64,000 bases of DNA from Escherichia coli (GTDB taxonomy: Bacteria > Pseudomonadota > Gammaproteobacteria > Enterobacterales > Enterobacteriaceae), in assembly GCF_024700885.2 (NCBI RefSeq), contig NZ_CP117016.1; one strand, written 5' to 3'. Positions 1 to 17,205 of the stretch are shown in pieces. A program made the translations under genes and the position numbers. Within the stretch, counting starts at the first letter, position 1, and each line of letters begins with the position of its first letter. Under the pieces are notes generated by a model. It saw only the letters and a program-made list of their open reading frames with translations. It searched no databases and was not told the origin of the DNA.

Positions 1-945
1 GGTCATCATTGCAGTCATAACCAGTCCATTACCGATAGAGCAACCACCTGCAATACTGGCACCGAAGCCCATCAGTACACCACCTAACCCGCTACGTAAT
101 GTTGTTTGTGCATCAGCTGCGCGAACGCGGAACTCACGGCTCCCTTTGGCTGCAATAAATGACCCCACGAAGATCCCTAACACCAGGAAAACGCCCCAGT
201 TAATGTATTTCACGTCACCCGCGACCAGAAATTGCAGAATATTGGCCGTTGGGGAAGTGATTCCTAACCCAAACATGCGTCCGGTTGCTTCACTCAGGGG
301 CCAGGCTAAAAGCGCAATCAAACCGATGAGTACAGCAGTGACAAAGGGATGCCAGCGTTTTTCAAACAGAATATGAGCGATCCCGGTTCGGCGCGGCGGT
401 AAGGTCGCGACTTTGAGTTTTGGCTTCTTCAACTCTTTCATCACCACCCAGAGCGTTATCACCAGCAAAACGGTAACCAACGGCCACACAGACAAATTAA
501 AAGTCTCAGCAATAGAGTTATGTTCAGTACTGTAGTGCTGCAAGGTTTGATTTAAACCACTGGCATGTGGAGAACGCATCACCGCACTCATCACCATATA
601 AGTGAAAAGCGCGATCCAACTGCCGATCAATCCCTCCCCCGCGCGATACCAGGTCCCGGTGGCACATCCACCCGCCAGAACAATTCCCAGCCCGAAGATA
701 TACCCACCTATAACAGTACCAAGCCACGGGAACGCCCCGGCTTCGTAAGTCAGTAGGCCCGCCTGAATTAACGCAAAAACACCCACGCTTTGTACCGAAA
801 TTGCAATCAGCAGGGCATAAAACATGCGATTATTTTTCGCGATATACATATCGCGAAAACCACCAGTCAGGCAAAAACGCCCACGCTGCATGACAAATCC
901 CAGCAGAGCACCACAAATTAGCCCGCTTAATATCATTGAAAACAT
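1..945 (-). CDS. yeeE: Thiosulfate transporter YeeE/TsuA, 3' end truncated by the window edge
   Basis: Reverse-strand ATG at 943-945 opens a frame translating MFSMILSGLICGALLGFVMQRGRFCLTGGFRDMYIAKNN..., recognised as YeeE; frame stays open to position 1. Confidence 0.8.
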   Translation of the reverse strand, partial: MFSMILSGLICGALLGFVMQRGRFCLTGGFRDMYIAKNNRMFYALLIAISVQSVGVFALIQAGLLTYEAGAFPWLGTVIGGYIFGLGIVLAGGCATGTWYRAGEGLIGSWIALFTYMVMSAVMRSPHASGLNQTLQHYSTEHNSIAETFNLSVWPLVTVLLVITLWVVMKELKKPKLKVATLPPRRTGIAHILFEKRWHPFVTAVLIGLIALLAWPLSEATGRMFGLGITSPTANILQFLVAGDVKYINWGVFLVLGIFVGSFIAAKGSREFRVRAADAQTTLRSGLGGVLMGFGASIAGGCSIGNGLVMTAMMT

Positions 946-1123
946 AAATTAATTAACCAGATGAATGTTAATAGGGAAATTATTCATGACTGGTGGAATG
1001 CAGACCAATAACCAAATTCTCTAAATTAGAACAAATGGTTATTAATGAGGATGTCGATAAAAAAGAATAAAAAAACCGGAGCCCAATATTCATTCGACTC
1101 CGGTTTATTATTACAAAAGATGA

Positions 1124-2482
1124 TTACGCTACGTCTTCGTACTGCGGAACCGGATTACGGAAACTCTTGGTGACGCAAGCCAGGTAAATCAGACCGATAG
1201 CCGCCCAGATCAGACCCAGAACCATTGAGCTTTCTTCCAGGTTAACCCACAGCGCACCAACGGTCAGCGCACCACACATCGGCAGGAACAGATACTGGAA
1301 GTGATCTTTCAGCGTCTTGTTACGCTTCTCACGGATCCAGAACTGCGAGATGACCGACAGGTTAACGAAGGTGAACGCCACCAACGCACCAAAGTTGATC
1401 AGCGCTGTAGCCATTACCAGGTCGAAGTTGATTGCCAGCAAGGCAATCGCGCCAACCAGGATGATGTTCATCGCCGGAGTACGCCATTTCGGGTGTACAT
1501 AACCGAAGAAGCTTTTCGGGAATACGCCGTCACGCCCCATTACGTACATCAGACGCGCAACGCCTGCATGCGCCGCCATACCGGACGCCAGTACGGTAAT
1601 GGTGGAGAAGATCAGCGCACCAACCTGGAATGCTTTACCTGCAACATACAGCATGATTTCAGGCTGTGACGCATCCGGATCTTTAAAGCGAGAGATATCC
1701 GGGAAGTACAGCTGCAGGAAGTAAGTTGCAAAGATGAAGATCATGCCGCCAATCAGCGCGGTCAGGAAAATCGCACGCGGGATCACGCGCTCTGCATCTT
1801 TGGTTTCTTCCGACAGGTTGCTGATGCCGTCAAAGCCGGTAAAGGAGAAGCACAGGATTGTCGCCCCGGTAATCATCGGGATAACATGCGCATCGCCAGA
1901 CCAGAATGGACGAGTGCTCGCCAGCGTACCAGCGCCTTCACCTTCAAATACGCCATAAACAACCATGCCCAGAATCACCGCGATCAGCACTACCTGCAAC
2001 ACGACGATTACAGTGTTGAAGTTCGCTACGGATTTCAGACTACGCAGGTTAAAGGCGGTCATAAAGGCCACCAGCGCCACCACAAACATCCACGATGGGA
2101 TGGAAGGCACCAGAGCTTCAAAATAAATTTTCGCCAGCAGAATGTTGATCATCGGCGCGAACAGATAGTCGAGCAGAGAAGACCAACCCACCATAAAGCC
2201 GACAGTCGGGCTAATGGATTTCTGGGCGTAAGTGTATGCAGAGCCAGCAGAAGGATAGCGGCGAACCAGCTTCCCGTAGCTCAGAGCCGTAAACAGGATC
2301 GCAATCAATGCGAACGCATAGGCTGTCGGCACATGACCATCCGTGAGGCCTGAAACGATACCAAAAGTATCAAACAGCGTCATCGGCTGCATATAGGCAA
2401 GACCCATCATTACAACCGGAACTAACGTAAGCGTTTTACGCAATTCCACGCGAGAGGTGTTTGGAGTAACGTTATGCGACAT
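1124..2482 (-). CDS. plaP: Putrescine importer PlaP (APC-family amino acid/polyamine permease)
   Basis: 454-aa ORF in the track (1124..2488); start moved to the [16 protein letters not shown] methionine that I recall as the K-12 PlaP N-terminus. Confidence 0.85.
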   Translation of the reverse strand: MSHNVTPNTSRVELRKTLTLVPVVMMGLAYMQPMTLFDTFGIVSGLTDGHVPTAYAFALIAILFTALSYGKLVRRYPSAGSAYTYAQKSISPTVGFMVGWSSLLDYLFAPMINILLAKIYFEALVPSIPSWMFVVALVAFMTAFNLRSLKSVANFNTVIVVLQVVLIAVILGMVVYGVFEGEGAGTLASTRPFWSGDAHVIPMITGATILCFSFTGFDGISNLSEETKDAERVIPRAIFLTALIGGMIFIFATYFLQLYFPDISRFKDPDASQPEIMLYVAGKAFQVGALIFSTITVLASGMAAHAGVARLMYVMGRDGVFPKSFFGYVHPKWRTPAMNIILVGAIALLAINFDLVMATALINFGALVAFTFVNLSVISQFWIREKRNKTLKDHFQYLFLPMCGALTVGALWVNLEESSMVLGLIWAAIGLIYLACVTKSFRNPVPQYEDVA

Positions 2483-2748
2483 GGTCATTCTCCTTTACGG
2501 TGATAACCGTCGCGTAAGCAAAAAATTGCCCCATTTTTTTGGATTCCTCAGCGACAACAACTGTCGATTTTTAGTAAATATCTATCCGGTACGAAGCCCG
2601 GCCTCTTGGTATGAATGATTGGTTTGAAGCAAAAAATAACCGACGCTGATGAAACGTCGGTTTTTAGTCATTTTTTGACAGCGGCGCATTGTGCCTAAAT
2701 GGGGGGGAAATGACAAGAGAATGAGAGGCTTGTCATAATAATTTTTCT

Positions 2749-3678
2749 TTAAATGGCTGATTTTCCGTCATCAGATTTTGCATAAACACCGGCGATCGCA
2801 CTATTTGCTAAAATTTCATCCCGCCACCAGCCGCTGGCAAGCCCTGCGGTCTGTTCATTCCAGCCAATCCAGACGGGTTCAAAGAGAGTTTGGGCGACCA
2901 CTTTCTTCTCGATTAACGCGCCACTATCGAGAAACCGTTGCGCCAGATAACGGGGTAAATAGCCGCAGCCGAGGCCGCTAATTTGCAGCTCCAGCTTGGT
3001 TTTAAAATCGAAAACGGTAATGGCTTCTTGTTCGTCGAGAAGTTGTGAGGCCGTAGAAGCGCCTGCCTGCGCAGTATCCCCCACCACAATCGCCCGATAT
3101 CGCTTAATAATACGACGGTTTAACGGCTCTTCTTCCAGAGCTAACGGATGATGAGGCGCGACCGCAAAGACTTGTTCCAGATCGCCCAACCGTGAAAAAC
3201 CAAACTCACTGGAAGATGGTGGCTCATGCATCGCGCCAACAATAATATCCGCTCGCCCCTGAGTCAGGGCATCCCAGGAACCACCGAGTACGCCATTGAT
3301 AAACTTCAGGCGCGTCACGCTATGATGTTGATAAAAAGCTTCAATCAGTGGCGCAAGCAGAGAAAAAGGAAACGTGTCGTCCACGCCAATCACCAGCTCG
3401 TTTTCCCAGCCTTCATGCAGTTTGATCGCCTGCTTTTCCAGTTCTCGCACGGTATGCAGAACTTCCCGCCCTTTCTCTAATAACATTTTTCCGGTACGGG
3501 TGAATTTAGCGCGGTGACCGCTACGATCAAGCAATTGAATATTAAGGTCGCTTTCCAGCTTGTGAACGGTGTAACTCAGAGCGGACGGCGTCTTATAGAG
3601 TTTGGCCGACGCCGCCGCAAAACTGCCTTCTTTTTCTAAGGCATCGAGGATCATCAACACATCCAGCAGTGGTTTCAT
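2749..3678 (-). CDS. yeeY: LysR-family transcriptional regulator YeeY
   Basis: ORF 2749..3699; start trimmed to MKPLLDVLMILDALEKEGSFAAASAKL (N-terminal LysR HTH). Confidence 0.8.
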   Translation of the reverse strand: MKPLLDVLMILDALEKEGSFAAASAKLYKTPSALSYTVHKLESDLNIQLLDRSGHRAKFTRTGKMLLEKGREVLHTVRELEKQAIKLHEGWENELVIGVDDTFPFSLLAPLIEAFYQHHSVTRLKFINGVLGGSWDALTQGRADIIVGAMHEPPSSSEFGFSRLGDLEQVFAVAPHHPLALEEEPLNRRIIKRYRAIVVGDTAQAGASTASQLLDEQEAITVFDFKTKLELQISGLGCGYLPRYLAQRFLDSGALIEKKVVAQTLFEPVWIGWNEQTAGLASGWWRDEILANSAIAGVYAKSDDGKSAI

Positions 3679-3723
3679 ACACGCCCCCTTGCAGTGCATG
3701 CGGCGTCCTGCTGGCGTGATCGT

Positions 3724-4548
3724 TTACTCCAGCGGCATTACCAGCGGATCGGGATACTGGTATTCAAATCCCAGTTCATTACAAATCCGACTGCCATCAA
3801 TAATCTTACCTTTGCCGCTGTCCAGACTATTTCTGAACTGCGGAGGCTCCAGCCCCAGTAAACGGGCCATCTGCGGATAGAAAACATTACGCGCAGGGTG
3901 AGCTGGCGCGCATATATTATAGATGTGTCCGCCTTTAGGTGCCTGTAACAACAGAGTGATAGCGCCAATAACATCTTCTAAATGGACTAAATTAACACCA
4001 TGTTCACCATCAGGCGCGGTTTTTCCGGCAAAGAAGCGTCCGGGATGACGTCCCGGTCCGACCAGCCCCGCAAGACGCAGAATATCGACCGAAGTACCGG
4101 GTAAATTGTGCAGCCAGTCTTCGAGTTCTTCTAATACTCGTCCACTGTTGGTTACCGGATTACGCGGGGTAGTTTCTTTCACCGTGCCTTGCGCGTCGCC
4201 ATAGACAGATGTTGAGCTGGTAAAAATAATGCGGGGAATACGATGGGCCAGCGCGCTATCCACTAACTCTTGTACCGCTTGTAAATAGAACTCATCGCCG
4301 GGGCCGCTACGACGTGCCGGAAGCGTAATGACCAGCGCATCGACATCCATCAGGGCATCCAGATCGTCAGAATCGCAAACTAACTCAGGCTCCATGCGAA
4401 GCAGATAGCTATCAATGCCACTCATTCGGGCCGCTTCGACACCATCTTGTGTGGTTTTACTCCCGGTGACTTGCCAGCCTCGCGCTGAAAGTGACATCGC
4501 CAGCGGCATGCCTAACCACCCTAACCCGACAATTGCGACCTTTTTCAT
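3724..4548 (-). CDS. yeeZ: NAD-dependent epimerase/dehydratase family protein YeeZ
   Basis: 274-aa ORF with N-terminal Rossmann motif VAIVGLGWLG; position matches K-12 synteny. Confidence 0.8.
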   Translation of the reverse strand: MKKVAIVGLGWLGMPLAMSLSARGWQVTGSKTTQDGVEAARMSGIDSYLLRMEPELVCDSDDLDALMDVDALVITLPARRSGPGDEFYLQAVQELVDSALAHRIPRIIFTSSTSVYGDAQGTVKETTPRNPVTNSGRVLEELEDWLHNLPGTSVDILRLAGLVGPGRHPGRFFAGKTAPDGEHGVNLVHLEDVIGAITLLLQAPKGGHIYNICAPAHPARNVFYPQMARLLGLEPPQFRNSLDSGKGKIIDGSRICNELGFEYQYPDPLVMPLE

Positions 4549-4630
4549 CCGTTATCTCCTGATACACCTTAGATCTATAAGGCTACGCTAGCGTATCAAA
4601 ACTGACAATTCATTCTATGAATGAATCTGT

Positions 4631-4885
4631 TCAATAATGATAACGACATGCTGCAATGAGCAGTGAATCGTCGGTAACCGCGTATACCAGACGGTGCTCC
4701 TCTGTAATGCGTCGGGACCAGAAACCTGACAAATTATGTTTCAGGGGTTCTGGCTTCCCCTTACCTTCAAATGGCGTTCTGCGGGTATCTTTGATAAGTT
4801 CATTGATCTTTTTAACAATTCGCTTATCTGTTTCCTGCCAGTACAGATAATCGTCCCATGATTCCTCAGACCAGATTAGTTTCAC
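4631..4885 (-). CDS. yoeB: Type II toxin YoeB (ribosome-dependent mRNA interferase)
   Basis: 84-aa [87 protein letters not shown]; overlaps the upstream antitoxin by 4 bp. Confidence 0.9.
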
Positions 4886-5133
4886 TCAATGATGTCCTTT
4901 TCCGTTCCTTTGCCTGATTTCAGGCTATCGATTGAGTCCATCAATCTCCGGGCGTTAGCGGGGGAGCGCAGTAGATAAGCCGTCTCTTCCAGCGAGTTGT
5001 ATTCTTCGAGTGACATCAGAACACAAGCCTCTCCATTCTGACGAGTAATAAGGATCGGGGCATGATCTTCAACGGCTTTCATCATTGTTGCCGACAAATT
5101 CTGACGCGCTTCGCTGTAGCTAATTGTACGCAT
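4882..5133 (-). CDS. yefM: Type II antitoxin YefM
   Basis: Track ORF 4882..5160; start trimmed to [55 protein letters not shown] (83 aa). Confidence 0.9.
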
Positions 5134-5415
5134 GTCAATCTCCTCTTTTGTACAGTTCATTGTACAATGATGAGCGTTAATTAACTATTTATTAATTAGT
5201 TTGTAGATCAAGGTATTGTCAGTGAGACGAAAATCCAGGCTTCGCTATTTTTGGTGCCATCAGCTTAGAGGACAGTCCTCTTAGCCCCCTCCTTTCCCCG
5301 CTCATTCATTAAACAAATCCATTGCCATAAAATATATAAAAAAGCCCTTGCTTTCTAACGTGAAAGTGGTTTAGGTTAAAAGACATCAGTTGAATAAACA
5401 TTCACAGAGACTTTT

Positions 5416-5466
5416 ATGACACGCGTTCAATTTAAACACCACCATCATCACCATCATCCTGACTAG
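5416..5466 (+). CDS. hisL: his operon leader peptide with seven consecutive His codons
   Basis: atgacacgcgttcaatttaaacaccaccatcatcaccatcatcctgactag translates to MTRVQFKHHHHHHHPD*. Confidence 0.95.
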   Translation: MTRVQFKHHHHHHHPD

Positions 5467-5527
5467 TCTTTCAGGCGATGTGTGCTGGAAGACATTCAGA
5501 TCTTCCAGTGGTGCATGAACGCATGAG

Positions 5528-5566
5528 AAAGCCCCCGGAAGATCACCTTCCGGGGGCTTTTTTATT
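5528..5566 (+). terminator. his attenuator, Rho-independent terminator hairpin
   Basis: GC-rich inverted repeat aaagcccccggaag / cttccgggggcttt followed by a T-run, between hisL and hisG. Confidence 0.85.
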
Positions 5567-5611
5567 GCGCGGTTGATAACGGTTCAGACAGGTTTAAAGA
5601 GGAATAAGAAA

Positions 5612-6511
5612 ATGACAGACAACACTCGTTTACGCATAGCTATGCAGAAATCCGGCCGTTTAAGTGATGACTCACGCGAATTGCTGGCGCGCTGTGGCAT
5701 TAAAATCAATCTTCACACCCAGCGCCTGATCGCGATGGCAGAAAACATGCCGATTGATATTCTGCGCGTGCGTGACGACGACATTCCCGGTCTGGTAATG
5801 GATGGCGTGGTAGACCTTGGGATTATCGGCGAAAACGTGCTGGAAGAAGAGCTGCTTAACCGCCGCGCCCAGGGTGAAGATCCACGCTACTTTACCCTGC
5901 GTCGTCTGGATTTCGGCGGCTGCCGTCTTTCGCTGGCAACGCCAGTTGATGAAGCCTGGGACGGCCCGCTCTCCTTAAACGGTAAACGTATCGCCACCTC
6001 TTATCCTCACCTGCTCAAGCGTTATCTCGACCAGAAAGGCATCTCTTTTAAATCCTGCTTACTGAACGGTTCTGTTGAAGTCGCCCCGCGTGCCGGACTG
6101 GCGGATGCGATTTGCGATCTGGTTTCCACCGGTGCCACGCTGGAAGCTAACGGCCTGCGCGAAGTCGAAGTTATCTACCGCTCGAAAGCCTGCCTGATCC
6201 AGCGCGATGGCGAAATGGAAGAATCCAAACAGCAACTGATCGACAAACTGCTGACCCGTATTCAGGGTGTGATCCAGGCGCGCGAATCAAAATACATCAT
6301 GATGCACGCACCGACCGAACGTCTGGATGAAGTCATCGCCCTGCTGCCAGGTGCCGAACGCCCAACTATTCTACCGCTGGCGGGTGATCAACAGCGCGTA
6401 GCGATGCACATGGTCAGTAGCGAAACCCTGTTCTGGGAAACCATGGAAAAACTGAAAGCGCTGGGTGCCAGTTCAATCCTGGTCCTGCCGATTGAGAAGA
6501 TGATGGAGTGA
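5612..6511 (+). CDS. hisG: ATP phosphoribosyltransferase
   Basis: Track ORF 5573..6511; start set at [25 protein letters not shown]. Confidence 0.9.
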
Positions 6512-6516
6512 TCGCC

Positions 6517-8887
<2,371 letters not shown>

Positions 8888-8888
<1 letters not shown>

Positions 8889-9954
8889 TGAGTCAGAAGT
8901 ATCTTTTTATCGATCGCGATGGAACCCTGATTAGCGAACCGCCGAGTGATTTTCAGGTGGACCGTTTTGACAAACTCGCCTTTGAACCGGGCGTGATCCC
9001 GGAGCTACTGAAGCTGCAAAAAGCGGGCTACAAGCTGGTGATGATCACTAATCAGGATGGTCTGGGAACACAAAGTTTCCCGCAGGCGGATTTTGATGGC
9101 CCGCACAACCTGATGATGCAGATCTTCACCTCGCAAGGCGTGCAGTTTGATGAAGTGCTGATTTGTCCGCACCTGCCCGCCGATGAGTGCGACTGCCGTA
9201 AGCCGAAAGTAAAACTGGTAGAGCGTTATCTGGCTGAGCAAGCGATGGACCGTGCCAACAGTTATGTGATTGGCGATCGCGCGACCGACATTCAACTGGC
9301 GGAAAACATGGGCATTAATGGTTTACGCTATGACCGCGAAACCCTGAACTGGCCAATGATTGGCGAGCAGCTCACTAAACGAGACCGTTACGCCCATGTG
9401 GTGCGCAACACCAAAGAGACGCAAATTGACGTCCAGGTGTGGCTGGATCGCGAAGGTGGCAGCAAGATTAACACCGGCGTTGGCTTCTTTGATCACATGC
9501 TGGATCAGATCGCCACCCACGGCGGTTTCCGGATGGAAATCAACGTCAAAGGCGACCTCTATATCGACGATCACCACACCGTCGAAGATACCGGCCTGGC
9601 GCTGGGCGAAGCGTTAAAAATTGCTCTTGGCGACAAACGCGGTATTTGCCGCTTTGGTTTTGTGCTGCCGATGGACGAATGCCTTGCCCGCTGCGCACTG
9701 GATATCTCTGGTCGCCCGCACCTGGAATATAAAGCTGAATTTACCTACCAGCGCGTGGGCGATCTCAGCACTGAAATGATCGAGCACTTCTTCCGTTCGC
9801 TCTCTTACACCATGGGCGTGACGTTGCACCTGAAAACCAAAGGTAAAAACGATCATCACCGTGTAGAGAGCCTGTTCAAAGCTTTTGGTCGCACCCTGCG
9901 CCAGGCCATCCGCGTGGAAGGCGATACCCTGCCCTCGTCGAAAGGAGTGCTGTA

Positions 9955-9955
<1 letters not shown>
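8888..9955 (+). CDS. hisB: Bifunctional histidinol-phosphatase / imidazoleglycerol-phosphate dehydratase
   Basis: Track ORF 8885..9955; start set at [19 protein letters not shown] (HAD phosphatase motif DRDGTL). Confidence 0.9.
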
Positions 9956-12033
<2,078 letters not shown>

Positions 12034-12040
<7 letters not shown>

Positions 12041-12645
12041 CAGAACAACTACGTCGCGAACTGGACTGGGAAAAAACCGACGGACTTATGCCGGTGATTG
12101 TGCAACACGCGGTATCTGGCGAAGTGTTAATGCTGGGCTATATGAACCCGGAAGCTCTGGACAAAACCATCGAAAGCGGCAAAGTCACCTTCTTCTCGCG
12201 CACTAAACAGCGACTGTGGACCAAAGGCGAAACGTCGGGCAATTTCCTCAACGTAGTAAATATTGCGCCGGACTGCGACAACGACACGTTACTGGTGCTG
12301 GCGAATCCCATCGGCCCGACCTGCCACAAAGGCACCAGCAGTTGCTTCGGCGACACCGCTCACCAGTGGCTGTTCCTGTATCAACTGGAACAACTGCTCG
12401 CCGAGCGCAAATCTGCCGATCCGGAAACCTCCTACACCGCCAAACTGTATGCCAGCGGCACCAAACGCATTGCGCAGAAAGTGGGTGAAGAAGGCGTGGA
12501 AACCGCGCTGGCCGCGACGGTCAATGACCGCTTCGAATTAACCAACGAAGCCTCTGATTTGATGTATCACCTGCTGGTGCTGTTACAGGATCAGGATCTG
12601 GATTTAACGACGGTAATTGAGAACCTGCGTAAACGACATCAGTGA
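12034..12645 (+). CDS. hisI: Bifunctional phosphoribosyl-AMP cyclohydrolase / phosphoribosyl-ATP pyrophosphatase
   Basis: 203-aa [45 protein letters not shown]... Confidence 0.9.
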
Positions 12646-12657
12646 GTTGCGGGGTAA

Positions 12658-12725
12658 GCGGATGCGATATTGTTGTCGCATCCGGCAAAAAAAACGGGCA
12701 AGGTGTCACCACCCTGCCCTTTTTC
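12658..12725. terminator. Candidate bidirectional terminator between convergent hisI and wzzB (two hairpins)
   Basis: Inverted repeats ggatgcgata...tcgcatcc followed by an A-run, then gggcaaggtgtcaccaccctgccc followed by a T-run. Confidence 0.5.
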
Positions 12726-12741
12726 TTTAAAACTGCAAAGA

Positions 12742-13722
12742 TTACTTCGCGTTGTAATTACGCAGAGCGTTACGCCCCAACACAATCCCCGCGCCAACCA
12801 TGCCGCCCAGCAGCACTGCCAGAATCAAGGTAATTGCCTTTTTCGGACTATCGCGACGAATAGGTAACGTCGGTTTCATCACATAACGGTAAGCATGAAT
12901 ATCAAGATCATCAACCTTTAAGCTTTCGATATCCAGCAGGTTTTGACGAGTCTGATAGTAGTTTGGCGAGAACACCAACGGACGGGTCGCCTCGTGCTTA
13001 ATCATCGACTCCAGCGCTTCGCTCCCCAAAAGGAACAACGTATCTTGTGTGATATCTTCGCCAGTCTGTTGAATCTGCGGTTTTGTCACCTGCGCCTGAT
13101 TCGCATACTGCAACGCTTCCTGAATCTGACGGATACGCAGATCTTTCTGCTCCTGCGCGACTACTTCCTGCGTTCTTAAAGAGTCCTGCAAGTTTTTCCG
13201 TCCCAGAGCAATGTTGTCTTTGAGATCCTTTTCTAGCTCTTGATTCACTTTATCGTCAACTTGCTGAATGTATTGGGCCAACTTCATTTGTGCGCCCTCT
13301 GCAGTTTGCCCAACATAAGAAACAGTCAATGGTAATTGCTGGTTCTTAACAGAAGGTTCGATGGTAAGTTTTTCTCGTTCTTCCTGATTATCCAGCGTTT
13401 CTGCTAATGCAGAGAAGGCAGAACTGAAGCGACCAATTAACGTCTCCTGCAAATCCGATACTTTCGGTGCAGCCTGACCATAGATAACATTCATGGCATT
13501 GTTATAGCCAGCAATTTGCCCCACGTCGGGCTGAGTGATAATTGCTGTTGACGTCCATTTCTCCTTCGCTACTGCCAAATATCCAATAGCCAGGGCAATA
13601 GCCACAATGACGGAAATGATGATTGTCATCTTGCCACGCCACAACTGCACTAGTAAATCAATCAAATCAATCTGTTCCGGGTCATGGTTTTGCCCAGAAA
13701 CATTATTATTTTCTACTCTCAT
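12742..13722 (-). CDS. wzzB: O-antigen chain-length determinant (polysaccharide co-polymerase)
   Basis: Track ORF 12742..13758; start trimmed to MRVENNNVSGQNHDPEQIDLIDLLVQLWRGK; transmembrane segments at both ends. Confidence 0.85.
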   Translation of the reverse strand: MRVENNNVSGQNHDPEQIDLIDLLVQLWRGKMTIIISVIVAIALAIGYLAVAKEKWTSTAIITQPDVGQIAGYNNAMNVIYGQAAPKVSDLQETLIGRFSSAFSALAETLDNQEEREKLTIEPSVKNQQLPLTVSYVGQTAEGAQMKLAQYIQQVDDKVNQELEKDLKDNIALGRKNLQDSLRTQEVVAQEQKDLRIRQIQEALQYANQAQVTKPQIQQTGEDITQDTLFLLGSEALESMIKHEATRPLVFSPNYYQTRQNLLDIESLKVDDLDIHAYRYVMKPTLPIRRDSPKKAITLILAVLLGGMVGAGIVLGRNALRNYNAK

Positions 13723-13867
13723 CATTACCCTAACTGACGGAAATTTCCAAGTCCGCATAGTTTAGCGATAATCCTCGTGAATGCTATAGGATAAGTGATA
13801 AAAATAATGAATTGTTGTGTAAGTAACAAAAGACAATCAGGGCGTAAATAGCCCTGATAACAAGATG

Positions 13868-15043
<1,176 letters not shown>

Positions 15044-15223
15044 TCAGAATTAACTTAACTGTGAATCATGATGTTTTTAGCATCCTGATAAGAGCTAAAA
15101 GTTTTAACGCTACGTTGTTCGATGGTCAACGCAACGAAAAACAATTCAGATTTTCTTTATAAGAATAGCTGATATTTATTAAGTTAATATTAAGCAGTGA
15201 AATTTAGTCTATAAGATATTTGG

Positions 15224-15256
15224 CAAAAAAAAGCCCGGTGCAATATACGCCGGGCC
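15224..15256 (-). terminator. Rho-independent terminator downstream of gnd
   Basis: Hairpin gcccggtgcaatatacgccgggc with an adjacent A8 run on the + strand (T-run on the gnd strand). Confidence 0.6.
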
Positions 15257-15282
15257 TCAATTTTATTGTTGGTTAAATCAGA

Positions 15283-16689
15283 TTAATCCAGCCATTCGGT
15301 ATGGAACACACCTTCTTTATCAATACGCTTATAAGTATGCGCACCAAAATAGTCACGCTGTGCCTGGATCAGGTTCGCAGGCAGAACAGCAGCACGGTAG
15401 CTGTCGTAATAGGCAACCGCTGCGGAGAAGGTCGGAACCGGAATACCGTTCTGTACTGCATAAGCAACGACATCACGCAGCGCCTGCTGGTAGTCATCGG
15501 CAATTTGCTTGAAGTACGGAGCCAGCAGCAGGTTAGCGATCTGCGGATTTTCGGCATAAGCATCGGTGATTTTCTGCAGGAACTGCGCACGGATGATGCA
15601 GCCAGCACGGAAAATCTTCGCGATTTCGCCGTAGTTCAGATCCCAGTTGTACTCTTCAGACGCAGCACGCAGCTGAGAGAAGCCCTGGGCGTAAGAAACG
15701 ATTTTGCCCAGATACAGCGCACGACGAACTTTTTCGATGAACTCAGCCTTGTCGCCTGCTGGCTGTGCTTGCGGACCAGAGAGAACTTTAGATGCGGCAA
15801 CACGCTGATCTTTCAGAGAAGAGATATAACGTGCAAACACAGACTCGGTAATCAGCGACAGCGGTTCGCCGAGATCCAGCGCGCTCTGGCTGGTCCATTT
15901 ACCGGTACCTTTGTTAGCCGCTTCATCCAGGATCACATCAACCAGGTAGTTACCGTCTTCATCTTTTTTGGTGAAGATATCTTTGGTGATGTCGATCAGG
16001 TAACTGCTCAGTTCACCGTTATTCCACTCGGTAAAGGTCTGCGCCAGTTCTTCGTTGGTGAGGTTCAGGCCACCTTTAAGCAGAGAATAGGCTTCAGCAA
16101 TCAGTTGCATATCACCGTATTCGATACCGTTGTGAACCATCTTCACATAATGGCCTGCGCCATCGGCACCAATATAGGTAACGCATGGCTCCCCGTCTTC
16201 AGCTACTGCGGCGATTTTGGTCAGGATTGGTGCAACCAGTTCATAGGCTTCTTTCTGCCCACCAGGCATAATAGAAGGACCTTTCAGCGCGCCTTCTTCA
16301 CCACCGGAGACACCGGTACCAATGAAGTTAAAGCCTTCGGCAGAAAGTTCACGGTTACGACGAATGGTGTCCTGGAAGAAGGTATTGCCACCATCAATGA
16401 TGATGTCACCTTTATCGAGATATGGTTTGAGGGAATCAATAGCAGCATCCGTGCCTGCACCTGCTTTCACCATTAACAGGATGCGACGAGGCGTTTCCAG
16501 AGATTCAACAAACTCTTTCACCGTATAGTAAGGAACCAGTTTCTTGCCTGGATTTTCGGCAATCACTTCTTCCGTCTTTTCACGGGAACGGTTGAAAATA
16601 GAGACGGTATAACCACGGCTTTCGATGTTGAGCGCAAGGTTGCGCCCCATCACTGCCATACCGACTACGCCGATCTGTTGCTTTGACAT
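15283..16689 (-). CDS. gnd: 6-phosphogluconate dehydrogenase (decarboxylating)
   Basis: 468-aa [33 protein letters not shown]... Confidence 0.95.
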   Translation of the reverse strand: MSKQQIGVVGMAVMGRNLALNIESRGYTVSIFNRSREKTEEVIAENPGKKLVPYYTVKEFVESLETPRRILLMVKAGAGTDAAIDSLKPYLDKGDIIIDGGNTFFQDTIRRNRELSAEGFNFIGTGVSGGEEGALKGPSIMPGGQKEAYELVAPILTKIAAVAEDGEPCVTYIGADGAGHYVKMVHNGIEYGDMQLIAEAYSLLKGGLNLTNEELAQTFTEWNNGELSSYLIDITKDIFTKKDEDGNYLVDVILDEAANKGTGKWTSQSALDLGEPLSLITESVFARYISSLKDQRVAASKVLSGPQAQPAGDKAEFIEKVRRALYLGKIVSYAQGFSQLRAASEEYNWDLNYGEIAKIFRAGCIIRAQFLQKITDAYAENPQIANLLLAPYFKQIADDYQQALRDVVAYAVQNGIPVPTFSAAVAYYDSYRAAVLPANLIQAQRDYFGAHTYKRIDKEGVFHTEWLD

Positions 16690-16806
16690 TGTTTACTCCT
16701 GTCAGGGGGTGGTCACCGCGCAAGATATGCGCAGCTTGAAATATGGTATGGATGTTAACTCAGGTTTAGCTTGGGTAGATAGCAGAAGATGTACTTTAGA
16801 CAAGCA

Positions 16807-17205
16807 TCACACGAACGATTTTGCAAAAGAAGGGTCAAATGGCCCCTCCTTAACTTCCACCATAAGAGCACGCGGAGATAGGCATTCGACACTGTGTATA
16901 TCGCCCGGAGAAAACTCCACAATGCTCATTCCAGTATTATCTCCTGCTATAAATTGCTTTATAACCTCACCATTTCTACCATACAAACAAACCTGAAGTT
17001 GCCCCTCCATAACAATGAACATTTCCCACTGATGAGGAAGTTCGTGATAATGCGGTTCAACATAGCTGCCCTTTACTAATGCAATAAGTAAACGCTGTAC
17101 CTTTTCTTGATGCGAGCCGTGCATCATAAGGTGGGAACGTAAACGTTCCGATTGCCCGGCTTGATCATATAATTCGTCGAGTTGGTCATTATCAATTAAT
17201 CGCAT
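16807..17205 (-). CDS. wbuC: Cupin-fold protein, WbuC family (terminal gene of fnl-type O-antigen clusters)
   Basis: 132-aa ORF with cupin-like motif PHYHELPHQWEMFIVMEG; sits after wbuB next to gnd; 14-bp overlap with wbuB. Confidence 0.6.
   Translation of the reverse strand: MRLIDNDQLDELYDQAGQSERLRSHLMMHGSHQEKVQRLLIALVKGSYVEPHYHELPHQWEMFIVMEGQLQVCLYGRNGEVIKQFIAGDNTGMSIVEFSPGDIHSVECLSPRALMVEVKEGPFDPSFAKSFV

Noticed and set aside
146-756. Small + and - strand ORFs near the window start
   Set aside because: All fall inside or antisense to the yeeE coding frame.
15301-16476. 391-aa + strand ORF
   Set aside because: Lies entirely antisense to gnd, a strongly recognisable conserved gene; its sequence is repetitive shadow translation with no recognisable domain.
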